Origin: a virus
Lineage: Duplodnaviria > Heunggongvirae > Uroviricota > Caudoviricetes
Direction: 5' to 3' (one strand)
Length of the DNA stretch: 64,000 bases
IMG/VR virus record: IMGVR_UViG_3300027710_000010
Coordinates: 213,763-277,762 of that record
The notes beneath the pieces were generated by a model. It was not told the origin of the DNA, did no database searches, and saw nothing but the letters and a program-made list of their open reading frames with translations. The position numbers and the translations under genes are program-made. This document shows, one piece after another, positions 22,291 to 30,619 of this stretch (the stretch's first letter is position 1; each line of letters starts with the position of its first letter).

Positions 22291-22320
22291 GGTATTATGT
22301 CCTTAATCCCCGTATTCTTA

Positions 22321-22328
22321 TATTTAGT
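22321..22328 (-). promoter_or_regulatory. Possible late promoter (ACTAAATA)
   Basis: TAAATA core upstream of the spike paralogue 2 RBS. Confidence 0.45.
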
Positions 22329-22632
22329 TTGGCCCATTATGGGTGTAAGCTTCGTTCAATCTTACTACTAAAAATCCGTCTGCATTGATGTAAATATTCA
22401 TTTTTTCAATGTCTATTAACCATTGATTATATGTTTCACCATCAGCAGGCACCTCAAAGTTCGCGGTGTCATCAGTAACACTACCGTCTGTTAGGTTAAC
22501 TGTAGCCCCAGGCGTGTTTAGTTTTACATGGTTGTAGTAAAGTAAGCCATCGTCATCTCTGCGTAGGCCGTGAAAGGTTTCGCCTCCATAGCCGGAAGCG
22601 CCACCACTTGAAATTCTGCGGATTTCTGCCAT
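22324..22632 (-). CDS. Small spike-partner protein, paralogue 2
   Basis: 102 aa; FHGLRRDDDGLLYY and YNQW...YINADG..VVRLN..YTH motifs; GGAG RBS. Confidence 0.7.
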   Translation of the reverse strand: MAEIRRISSGGASGYGGETFHGLRRDDDGLLYYNHVKLNTPGATVNLTDGSVTDDTANFEVPADGETYNQWLIDIEKMNIYINADGFLVVRLNEAYTHNGPN

Positions 22633-22647
22633 TTTAAGTCTCCGCAG

Positions 22648-22656
22648 TATTTATCG
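22648..22656 (-). promoter_or_regulatory. T4-type late promoter (CGATAAATA)
   Basis: Intergenic, just upstream of a GGAG RBS. Confidence 0.65.
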
Positions 22657-22682
22657 AATTTTAAGTTTAAAAGATTATTGGG

Positions 22683-22883
22683 TTAATCTATATCTGCCAA
22701 CTGCTCTTGAATAGAGATATGGGACTGCGGCCAGTGACCTTTTGGACAATCACTGGCGCTTAACTTACATTTAACTACCATGATACAGGCACATTCAAGA
22801 CACATTTTGAATGTATTATCAAAACTGGTGCAAGTTTTACAAATATTATATCTGTTTGCGTAATCTTGTTTTGTAACAAACAT
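22683..22883 (-). CDS. Small Cys-rich, probably metal-binding protein
   Basis: 66 aa; CKTC...CLECAC...C...CPKGHW. Confidence 0.6.
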   Translation of the reverse strand: MFVTKQDYANRYNICKTCTSFDNTFKMCLECACIMVVKCKLSASDCPKGHWPQSHISIQEQLADID

Positions 22884-23098
22884 TAATTATTAGCGTTTTC
22901 AGACAACCATTTGTTAGCAGATTCCTCGTCAGCACGTAATTGATCCATTACTTCTTCCCAAGTAGGTGCTTCTGAGCCATGCGGGCATGTCCATTGTGTA
23001 AAACGTGTACCTTCTAATTGAAAGTTTGCATCAGGACGTAGTTTTTTAATAGCAACATCTACACCCCAAAGCAATTCATACGGTAATTGTATTGTCAT
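22883..23098 (-). CDS. Small protein, possible fibre-assembly chaperone (XkdW-like pattern)
   Basis: ATG at 23098 after AAGGAGA; AIKKLRPDANF...W...PTWEEV. Confidence 0.45.
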   Translation of the reverse strand: MTIQLPYELLWGVDVAIKKLRPDANFQLEGTRFTQWTCPHGSEAPTWEEVMDQLRADEESANKWLSENANN

Positions 23099-23115
23099 AC
23101 TGTTCTCCTTTGGTT

Positions 23116-23123
23116 TATTTATA
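23116..23123 (-). promoter_or_regulatory. T4 late promoter, exact consensus TATAAATA
   Basis: Exact match directly upstream of an AAGGAGA RBS. Confidence 0.75.
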
Positions 23124-23146
23124 GCCACTAGATAGTGATGTTAAAA

Positions 23147-25705
23147 TTAGTATTTTAGTATCACACATCCCAAGCCGCCATTGCCTCCAGGAAAATACGC
23201 ACTACAATATCCGCCACCACCGCCACCGCCACCAAGTCCGTTTACACCGTTTTCTCCATTATTATGGCTTCCTTTTCCACCGCCACCAAGGCCACCAAAA
23301 CCGGCCATTCCGTTAGCAGTCCCGCTGTCTCCTTGAAAACTACCACCACCGCCACCACCGTACCATTCTGTTCGACCTGTGATAGTGTAAGCAATACCAT
23401 TGCCGCCGCTGCCAGCTTTGGTGGTTAATCCGCGGCCACCGACACTGCCAGCGCCACCACCACCACCAGCTGCATAAGGTGCGGCACCATACGAAGTACC
23501 GCCTGCGTTTCCTTGGCCGCTTGTACCACTGCCTCCTGTAGCTGTTACTGCTCCACCGAATGATCCAGCACCTCCTCCTGAACCGCCCGTTAGTCCTGTT
23601 CCAGTGTTATTTCCAATTCCACCGCCACCGCCAATCGCAGTCAGCCCAGCAAAAGTAGTGTTTCCACCAGTAGTTCCATTTCCGCCCCCAGAGCCGCCTG
23701 CGCCACCGCCAGAATCTAGCCAGTTTGATATTCCAACACCTGTGCCAATTTCAATAGGATATGCCATTCCAGGTGTAACTGATAGGGCGGAGTTGTAAAT
23801 AACGCCACCACCACCACCACCGCCTCCACATGATCCGCCACCGCCGCCGCTGCCAACTATCAATGCCTGTACAGTAGTTACATTAGGCGGACATACCCAC
23901 ACGCTATTTGAATAAAATACATCACATGATGTTTGTGCTCGATATCTAACTATAACAATTCCTGATCCACCTGCGCCAGAAAAAGACTGTGCGACATTAT
24001 TGTCAGGTACAGCCGGGCCGCCACCACCACCGCCACCAGTATTAGGAGTACCGTCTTGACCTCCCGCATCATAACCAGAAAGTCTAGCACATCCGCCATG
24101 ACCGCCACCGCCCTTGCCGGCTCGTCCACCAAATGCTCCACCATTATCGTAGCCGCCACCGCCACCGCCGCCGCCGGCGTAAATTACCGGGACGCCAGTA
24201 ATACTACAAACTAATCCGTTTCCGCCAGCGCCTGAAAATGACCCTGCGCTGTTTCCTGTTGCATTACCGCCAACCTCGCTGGCGCCACCACCTCCGCCAG
24301 AAGTATATGAGCCACCAGCAACGCCAGTACCGCCTCTATTACCTTGACCGCTTATTCCTGAACCAGCAAATGGGCCTTGTGATCCGTAACTTGCGCCGCC
24401 GCCCGATCCTCCATTTTTTCCATTACCTACTGGCTCGTTGCCGCCACCGCCACCGCCCATTGCTACAATAGAGCCAAATTGGCTAGGAGCTCCACTCAAT
24501 CCTGCGGCTGCTCCGGTAGCCCTTGCTCCGCCAGCTCCAACTTTTACAACGTAGGCAGTCCCTGCAACAACCGGATAAGCAGGATTATATACCATGCCAC
24601 CAGCCCCGCCTCCTCCGCCATAGCGGCAAGCTCCAGACCCGCCTCCTCCCACTGTCAATACTTCAACTACTCCAGTAAACTTTGGCACAAATACAGCTGA
24701 CCCACTTTTAAAATAGTGTGTTTTAAACCCGCCTGCGGCAGCAATTTCTCCACCAGTTGCATCATTATACTGAATATCTTTTAATGTTGGCCCTAATGAC
24801 TCGTGTACTTCTATTGATCGAACATCTGTATTATATCTAGTTTTTCCTAAATTGGTGTTTACATGATAGCTAACAATTACAATCCCAGATCCCCCAGCAC
24901 CACCGTCAGCACCACCATCACTTCCACCGCCGCCACCGCCTGTATTAGCTGTTCCAGGATTACTACCACTTGCGGCCGACAAACCTGCTCCGCCACCGCC
25001 TAGTCCGCCTTGACCATTACGAACAAAGTTAGAAGATCCCCCACCACCACCAGCATAATATGTCGCAGTACCGCTAATAGAAAACTGTAGACCTACACCG
25101 CCATCGCCTGCAAATATACCTGATCCATCTCTACCAACTCCGCCTGCACCACCGCCACCGCCAGCTCCGTATCCAGATGCGGCATCACTGCCTGTGCCGC
25201 CACGATGGCCTTGATTTAATTGTCCTTGTCCAGAACGTGTGTTTGGAGAATTACGAGATCCGCCGGCACCCGAGCCGCCGTTTGATCCCCCGGGACCTGT
25301 TGGAAATCCAACAGATTGACCACTAGATCCGCCTCCGCCTAATGCTATTAATGTATCAAATGCCGAGTTACTACCATTTGCGCCCACAGCTGATGTACTG
25401 GTATTTGTTGAGGCTCCGGCGCCAACAGTTACCGTCATTAAAGAGCCTGGTGTTACTGGGTAAGCAGGATTATAAATCAATCCTCCTGCACCACCTCCAC
25501 CACCAACACTTTTGCCGCCAGCTCCGCCACCACCAACAACTAGTACCGCCACTGCGGTGACGTTTGTAGGAACCGTCCATGAAGTTGTTCCAACTGTAGT
25601 AAATGATACTACAGTTCTAGCACTTGTAGACTGTGCTGTTGTTCCTCTAGGTAACGCTACATATCCAGTATCATCAACTGTCGTGTTTTTAAATGAACTT
25701 GTCAT
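23147..25705 (-). CDS. Glycine-rich fibre tip/adhesin (three Gly-rich domains)
   Basis: Start reassigned to ATG 25705 (MTSSFKNTTVDDTGYVALPRGTTAQ) by similarity to neighbouring N-termini; this also removes the overlap. Confidence 0.8.
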   Translation of the reverse strand: MTSSFKNTTVDDTGYVALPRGTTAQSTSARTVVSFTTVGTTSWTVPTNVTAVAVLVVGGGGAGGKSVGGGGGAGGLIYNPAYPVTPGSLMTVTVGAGASTNTSTSAVGANGSNSAFDTLIALGGGGSSGQSVGFPTGPGGSNGGSGAGGSRNSPNTRSGQGQLNQGHRGGTGSDAASGYGAGGGGGAGGVGRDGSGIFAGDGGVGLQFSISGTATYYAGGGGGSSNFVRNGQGGLGGGGAGLSAASGSNPGTANTGGGGGGSDGGADGGAGGSGIVIVSYHVNTNLGKTRYNTDVRSIEVHESLGPTLKDIQYNDATGGEIAAAGGFKTHYFKSGSAVFVPKFTGVVEVLTVGGGGSGACRYGGGGGAGGMVYNPAYPVVAGTAYVVKVGAGGARATGAAAGLSGAPSQFGSIVAMGGGGGGNEPVGNGKNGGSGGGASYGSQGPFAGSGISGQGNRGGTGVAGGSYTSGGGGGASEVGGNATGNSAGSFSGAGGNGLVCSITGVPVIYAGGGGGGGGYDNGGAFGGRAGKGGGGHGGCARLSGYDAGGQDGTPNTGGGGGGGPAVPDNNVAQSFSGAGGSGIVIVRYRAQTSCDVFYSNSVWVCPPNVTTVQALIVGSGGGGGSCGGGGGGGGVIYNSALSVTPGMAYPIEIGTGVGISNWLDSGGGAGGSGGGNGTTGGNTTFAGLTAIGGGGGIGNNTGTGLTGGSGGGAGSFGGAVTATGGSGTSGQGNAGGTSYGAAPYAAGGGGGAGSVGGRGLTTKAGSGGNGIAYTITGRTEWYGGGGGGSFQGDSGTANGMAGFGGLGGGGKGSHNNGENGVNGLGGGGGGGGYCSAYFPGGNGGLGCVILKY

Positions 25706-25710
25706 ATTTG

Positions 25711-28700
25711 TTAATACCCTTGTACTGAAATAAATGTTAGTGGCGAACCTTCTGAATCTGAAGCTTCTCCTATTCCACAAATAACTTTGTCGCCTGATGC
25801 GCAGGTAGTCGAAGTATTTGTGTTAAAATTTGTCCATCCGCTATCTGGTCCTACTGTAGAATACTGTAGTGTTAGTGTATTTCCGCTTCGCTGCCATTTG
25901 AACCAATAATTAATATTTGAGTTACCGCCTGCTATTAGTGGTGCCGCGTATTGTCCAAAATATGTAGCACTATATCCGCTAGGGAAACCAGAAGTAGCTA
26001 ATGCACCAAAGTATGGCCCGCTTGAATCAGAACTGTATCCAGTAAAATCATTGACTGATACGTTTGACCCAAATACAAATCCTGCACCTATATAATTATG
26101 ATTCCATGAAGCAATTAAAATAAAGTCTCCAACAAATTCTCTGTTCCAAATTACTGCCCCATAGTTACTACCTAAACCAGTTTTGTCTGCATACCATATA
26201 GTATTGTTAGCAGTAAGTGATCCAAACACATTAACTGTACTAGGCAATCTCCATCCATCTGGTGCTAGTGCATCAATTGTAGGTGTATATCGTATTATAG
26301 CAATTCCAGATCCGCCACTACCGCCTGCGGCATTTGAATACGGAGATCCTATATTGTTACCAGCGCCACCTCCACCACCGCCAGTGTTTGCAACACCTGC
26401 TGAGCCATTAGTGTGTTGTGAACCATTGCCACCACCACCAATTCCTCCAAAACCAGGATTATAGGATTTGGTAGTCATTCCAGTTCCGCCGCCACCACCA
26501 CCGCCATACCAAGCCGGGTAACCAGCCATTGAATACAGTACACCAATACCGCCATTGCCACCTTGACCACTGGCACTATTTGTTCCAGTGGCTCCAGCAC
26601 CGCCACCACCGCCTCCTGGATAACCCGTACCGTTATCACCAGATCCTCCCGCATTTCCCTGTCCCGCTGTACCAGCGGCGCCAGAATTGTTGGAATATGA
26701 TCCGCCACCACCAGAGCCGCCGCTAGTTGCCGTATAGTATGCAGTGCCATTCCATCCGGCCCCACGGCCGCCGCCAACAGCAGTTAATGTACTAAATGTT
26801 GTATTTCCACCTGAATTAGCTCCTGTATTTGAACCAGTGCCTCCAGCGCCGATACTTATAGCGTAAGCAGTCCCTGGAGTTACTGATACTGAACTGTTAT
26901 ATAATACGCCGCCAGCGCCGCCACCAGCGGCACCAATGTCATTGCCAGTTCCATTTGATCCACCAGATCCACCGCCACCTACTAGCAGAGCTTCCACTGT
27001 AGTCACACCTGGCGGGCAAGTCCATGTGCCGCTTGTTAGAAATGTATCACTAACTTTTACTTCAGTAGTAGGATAGCGTATAATTATTACACCTGATCCG
27101 CCTTTGCCACCAGCACCAGAAGTTAAGCTATTAGTTCCACCAGCGCCTCCGCCGCCGCCAGTTGCTGGTACTCCAGGAAATCCGTTACCTAATGTTCCTG
27201 CACCGCCAACACTTGAACCGCCAGAAGTCACAGTTGCATAATCATCAGTGCTGGCGCCGTATTTGCTTCCGCCACCTCCGCCACCATAATATGTATATGC
27301 ATTTACAAAATTTGATCCAATAATAGCAAACCCTTGTCCGGCACCGCCGTTGCCCGGAGAAGTATTAGTTGAAGCTTCCCCACCAACACCGCCTGCGCCA
27401 CCGCCGCCTGCTCCTGCCCAAGATCCAGTACCACCTCGACCAGAACCACCTTTAAATCCCTGTCCTGCTATTCCAGATCCTCCTGGGCAGATACCTCCAA
27501 TATTTGGTTCTGCGCTGCCACCACCACCGCCTGAAGCGCCGTTCAATCCTGGTCTTACACCAAAGCCACTTTGAGAATATCCGCTGCCACCGCCACCACC
27601 ATAAGCTATAATATTATCGAATACTGAATTACTACCAGTTGATCCTAAACTATAGTTAGCTGTTCCGCCGCCGGCGCCCCCATCGCCAACTGTTACAGTA
27701 TATGCTGTATTTGCTTTGACTGGGTAAGCCGCAGTGTAAACAACGCCACCACCACCACCACCACCCATGCCTGCACCAGCAGTGGGCGTTCCACCGCCAC
27801 CACCACCACCACCTACTACTAATAATTCTACAAATCCGTCAAACTGTGGAGTAAATGTAGATGCACCAACAGTGCTAAATGTGTGAATTTTATATCCACT
27901 ATTATAAGCAATTGAACCGCCAGTAGCATTATTAAGGGTAGCTCCATTTTGAGCACCACTAAAAGTTGTCCATTGTTTATTATCTAAAACTTCTGCTTTT
28001 TTAGTTTCACTGTTAAATCTTACTCGACCCTCGCCGCCAGTGCCGCTAGATTTATATCGTACTACAACAATTCCAGAGCCACCAGCGCCACTATTAACTC
28101 CAGTTCCAGTGTATGCGCCACCGGCGCCACCACCACCACCAGTATTAGCAGTTCCAGCAATACCATCATATGAGTTTGTTAGTGTAGGATTTTGTGCTGA
28201 ACCAGCTCGACCACCGCCACCTTGACCGCCTAATCCAGGATAACCAGCGGGAGATTCTCCACCGCCACCGCCACCACCAGCATACCAAGTTGGTGTTCCT
28301 GTAATGGAAATACACATACCTTCGCCACCGTTGCCGTTAGTTGTAGAAGAAGCATCTCTTCCACGCTGGCCTGCGCCACCACCACCTGCGCCGCAATAGT
28401 TTCCACTTCCTGGATATGTATAGCTGTCTCCGCCAAAATTTCCTTGACCGTTTGTGCCAGATGCGCCTGAGCCTGGTGAAGCATTGCCTAAACCAGCGCC
28501 ACCACCTGATCCACCAGAAGTGGGAGCCTTGCCATTCCATGCGCCACCACCGCCGCCACCGATGGCTGTTAGTGCTCCAAAAACACTATTACCCCCATTA
28601 TTGCCAACAACAGAATTACCTACTGATGCTCCGCCAGCACCCACTGTTACAGTGATTGATGCCCCAACGGTTACAGGATAATCAGTTCTATGAATTAATC

Positions 28701-28935
28701 CGCCTGCGCCTCCGCCCCCAGCGCCTCCATTACCACCACCACCGCTGCCGCCTCCAGCAACTACTAATACTTCAACTTCACTAATGCCTGCAGGTACAGT
28801 CCATGATGTAGTGCCTACAGATGTAAATTGCACCACAGTGTATTGAGGATTCGTTGTTCGTTGTGCCGTTGTTCCTACTGGCAATTGCAGAAATCCAGAC
28901 CCTGTAACTGTTAAATTTTTAAATTGTGATGTCAT
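25711..28935 (-). CDS. Glycine-rich fibre tip/adhesin (three Gly-rich domains plus C-terminal lectin-like domain)
   Basis: 1074 aa; MTSQFKNLTVTGSGFLQLPVGTTAQR start; repeated Gly-rich units. Confidence 0.8.
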   Translation of the reverse strand: MTSQFKNLTVTGSGFLQLPVGTTAQRTTNPQYTVVQFTSVGTTSWTVPAGISEVEVLVVAGGGSGGGGNGGAGGGGAGGLIHRTDYPVTVGASITVTVGAGGASVGNSVVGNNGGNSVFGALTAIGGGGGGAWNGKAPTSGGSGGGAGLGNASPGSGASGTNGQGNFGGDSYTYPGSGNYCGAGGGGAGQRGRDASSTTNGNGGEGMCISITGTPTWYAGGGGGGGESPAGYPGLGGQGGGGRAGSAQNPTLTNSYDGIAGTANTGGGGGAGGAYTGTGVNSGAGGSGIVVVRYKSSGTGGEGRVRFNSETKKAEVLDNKQWTTFSGAQNGATLNNATGGSIAYNSGYKIHTFSTVGASTFTPQFDGFVELLVVGGGGGGGGTPTAGAGMGGGGGGGVVYTAAYPVKANTAYTVTVGDGGAGGGTANYSLGSTGSNSVFDNIIAYGGGGGSGYSQSGFGVRPGLNGASGGGGGSAEPNIGGICPGGSGIAGQGFKGGSGRGGTGSWAGAGGGGAGGVGGEASTNTSPGNGGAGQGFAIIGSNFVNAYTYYGGGGGGSKYGASTDDYATVTSGGSSVGGAGTLGNGFPGVPATGGGGGAGGTNSLTSGAGGKGGSGVIIIRYPTTEVKVSDTFLTSGTWTCPPGVTTVEALLVGGGGSGGSNGTGNDIGAAGGGAGGVLYNSSVSVTPGTAYAISIGAGGTGSNTGANSGGNTTFSTLTAVGGGRGAGWNGTAYYTATSGGSGGGGSYSNNSGAAGTAGQGNAGGSGDNGTGYPGGGGGGAGATGTNSASGQGGNGGIGVLYSMAGYPAWYGGGGGGGTGMTTKSYNPGFGGIGGGGNGSQHTNGSAGVANTGGGGGGAGNNIGSPYSNAAGGSGGSGIAIIRYTPTIDALAPDGWRLPSTVNVFGSLTANNTIWYADKTGLGSNYGAVIWNREFVGDFILIASWNHNYIGAGFVFGSNVSVNDFTGYSSDSSGPYFGALATSGFPSGYSATYFGQYAAPLIAGGNSNINYWFKWQRSGNTLTLQYSTVGPDSGWTNFNTNTSTTCASGDKVICGIGEASDSEGSPLTFISVQGY

Positions 28936-28941
28936 TTTTTA

Positions 28942-30618
28942 TTAAAGTCCGTATCTTGTTTGTAGTACAGCAAAGTTTGCCATGCGTTCTGTGTCAGTCA
29001 ATGCTCTATTGTACATGGCAAAGTAATATACTCTTCCTGGCCAGCCTAATCCAATAATAGCAGGATCTTTTCTATTCCAAATTGCCGTATCTGCTACTCC
29101 TCCGCCCTGACTGTCGGCTACGTTGACACCATTTCTAAACACTTGCCTATATGGAAGTTGATCTGTTCTAGTACGCCAAGCAGAATGCCTAACAGCTCCA
29201 ACAAAGTCTCTATCACTATTTGGATAAACTGTACGACTGTTTATATCACAGCATCCGTGAACATCGTAATATATAGCATTTCCACCATAGACAAAGTGGC
29301 ATGCTAGTCTTGATGAGGTGTATGGGTAATTTTTAGGAGTACAAGAAAAATGATAAAACCAATTAGTTTGCCCATTATTGACATATGTCACAGATTCAAT
29401 GTAATGTTCTTGATCTAGATCCAAGGTGTCACAAGGCGGGCCATAAAATGCAGCATTATTAAACCCATTGGTCCAATTTGATCCAGGCAAATTAAAATAA
29501 CTGCCTGTGCCTGCACTAACCCACGGAGCTTGTGATGCATTAATATAGAAGTGCCTATTGTTACCACTTATGTCATACCAAATATTGCCAAACCCCGGGT
29601 AACTTCTTCTGTCTCCTGCGTCTAATAAAAATACTAGCCCGTCAGTAGTCCACCCAGCTTGTGTATTCCCTGAGTTACGTGTTCCAGAAAATGTTTCTAT
29701 CTTTTTATTTGTAGTGCTGTATCTAATATCGCCTTCTACTGAAGATTTCCAAGAAATAATTACGATTCCAGAGCCGCCATTTCCTGCAGGCCCAGATGAA
29801 TTATCACCACTTCCGCCGCCGCCGCCACCTAAGCCGTTGCCGCCATTAAATCCTATAGCAAGTTGTGAACCCGTTTGATCAGCAACACTGTCGCCACCAC
29901 CACCAGCGCCGCCGCTTCCTTTGTATACTGTGCCGCCGCCTGTTGATTGAATTGCGCCAGCGCCACCTCCACCGTAATATGCAGTAATCCCGCTTATGCT
30001 GTAGGCAACACCATTGCCGCCGTTGCCGCCGTATGATACTTGTCCAGCTTGGCCAACTGCACCAGCTCCGCCACCACCGCCGCCTGACCATGTATTTCCA
30101 GCGCCGCTTGTACCTGATCTACCATTGCCACCTGCACTACCCTGACCAACTGTACCTGAGCCGCCTGTGCCATTATATGTGCCACCACCGCCTGAGCCGC
30201 CACTATTGCCATTTCTCCAGCTAACAGTAGCATTTTCGTTCCCGCCAAATCCACCGCCAATGGCTGTTATTGTAGCAAATACCGAGTTACTACCGTTTGT
30301 AGCTTGAATAGCGTTTGTTGCGCTTCCTTGTCCACCAGCACCCACAGTGATCGAGTATGCATTGCCTGGAGTTACTGAGAAAGAAGAATTGTATACAACG
30401 CCACCTGCGCCTCCACCCCCACCAGCAGTACCTGATCCGCCTCCACCCCCACCAGCAACTACTAATACTGCAACGGATGTAACTCCGGTTGGACAAGTCC
30501 ACGATTGGCCTGCACCAACAGCGTTAAACACAACTGTTGATCGTTGAGCAGTTGTACCAGTCGCAACTTTAAAATGACCAGTATCGTTTATAGTTACATT
30601 TTGAAACGAACTAGACAT
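28942..30618 (-). CDS. Glycine-rich fibre tip/adhesin with C-terminal LamG-like domain
   Basis: 558 aa; DGLVFLLDAG..SYPG.G..WYDISGN ... MYNRALT. Confidence 0.8.
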   Translation of the reverse strand: MSSSFQNVTINDTGHFKVATGTTAQRSTVVFNAVGAGQSWTCPTGVTSVAVLVVAGGGGGGSGTAGGGGGAGGVVYNSSFSVTPGNAYSITVGAGGQGSATNAIQATNGSNSVFATITAIGGGFGGNENATVSWRNGNSGGSGGGGTYNGTGGSGTVGQGSAGGNGRSGTSGAGNTWSGGGGGGAGAVGQAGQVSYGGNGGNGVAYSISGITAYYGGGGAGAIQSTGGGTVYKGSGGAGGGGDSVADQTGSQLAIGFNGGNGLGGGGGGSGDNSSGPAGNGGSGIVIISWKSSVEGDIRYSTTNKKIETFSGTRNSGNTQAGWTTDGLVFLLDAGDRRSYPGFGNIWYDISGNNRHFYINASQAPWVSAGTGSYFNLPGSNWTNGFNNAAFYGPPCDTLDLDQEHYIESVTYVNNGQTNWFYHFSCTPKNYPYTSSRLACHFVYGGNAIYYDVHGCCDINSRTVYPNSDRDFVGAVRHSAWRTRTDQLPYRQVFRNGVNVADSQGGGVADTAIWNRKDPAIIGLGWPGRVYYFAMYNRALTDTERMANFAVLQTRYGL

Positions 30619-30619
30619 G

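Noticed and set aside
25706-25780. N-terminal extension of the 877 aa ORF, and similar extensions at 44164-44244, 55152-55190 and 23099-23128
   Set aside because: They overlap upstream genes, promoters or leaders; downstream ATGs fit RBS, promoter position or paralogue N-termini better
8822-30618. CCACCACCG/GGTGGC microsatellite-like runs as phase-variable repeats
   Set aside because: They are in-frame polyglycine codons with mixed third positions, and all ORFs are intact
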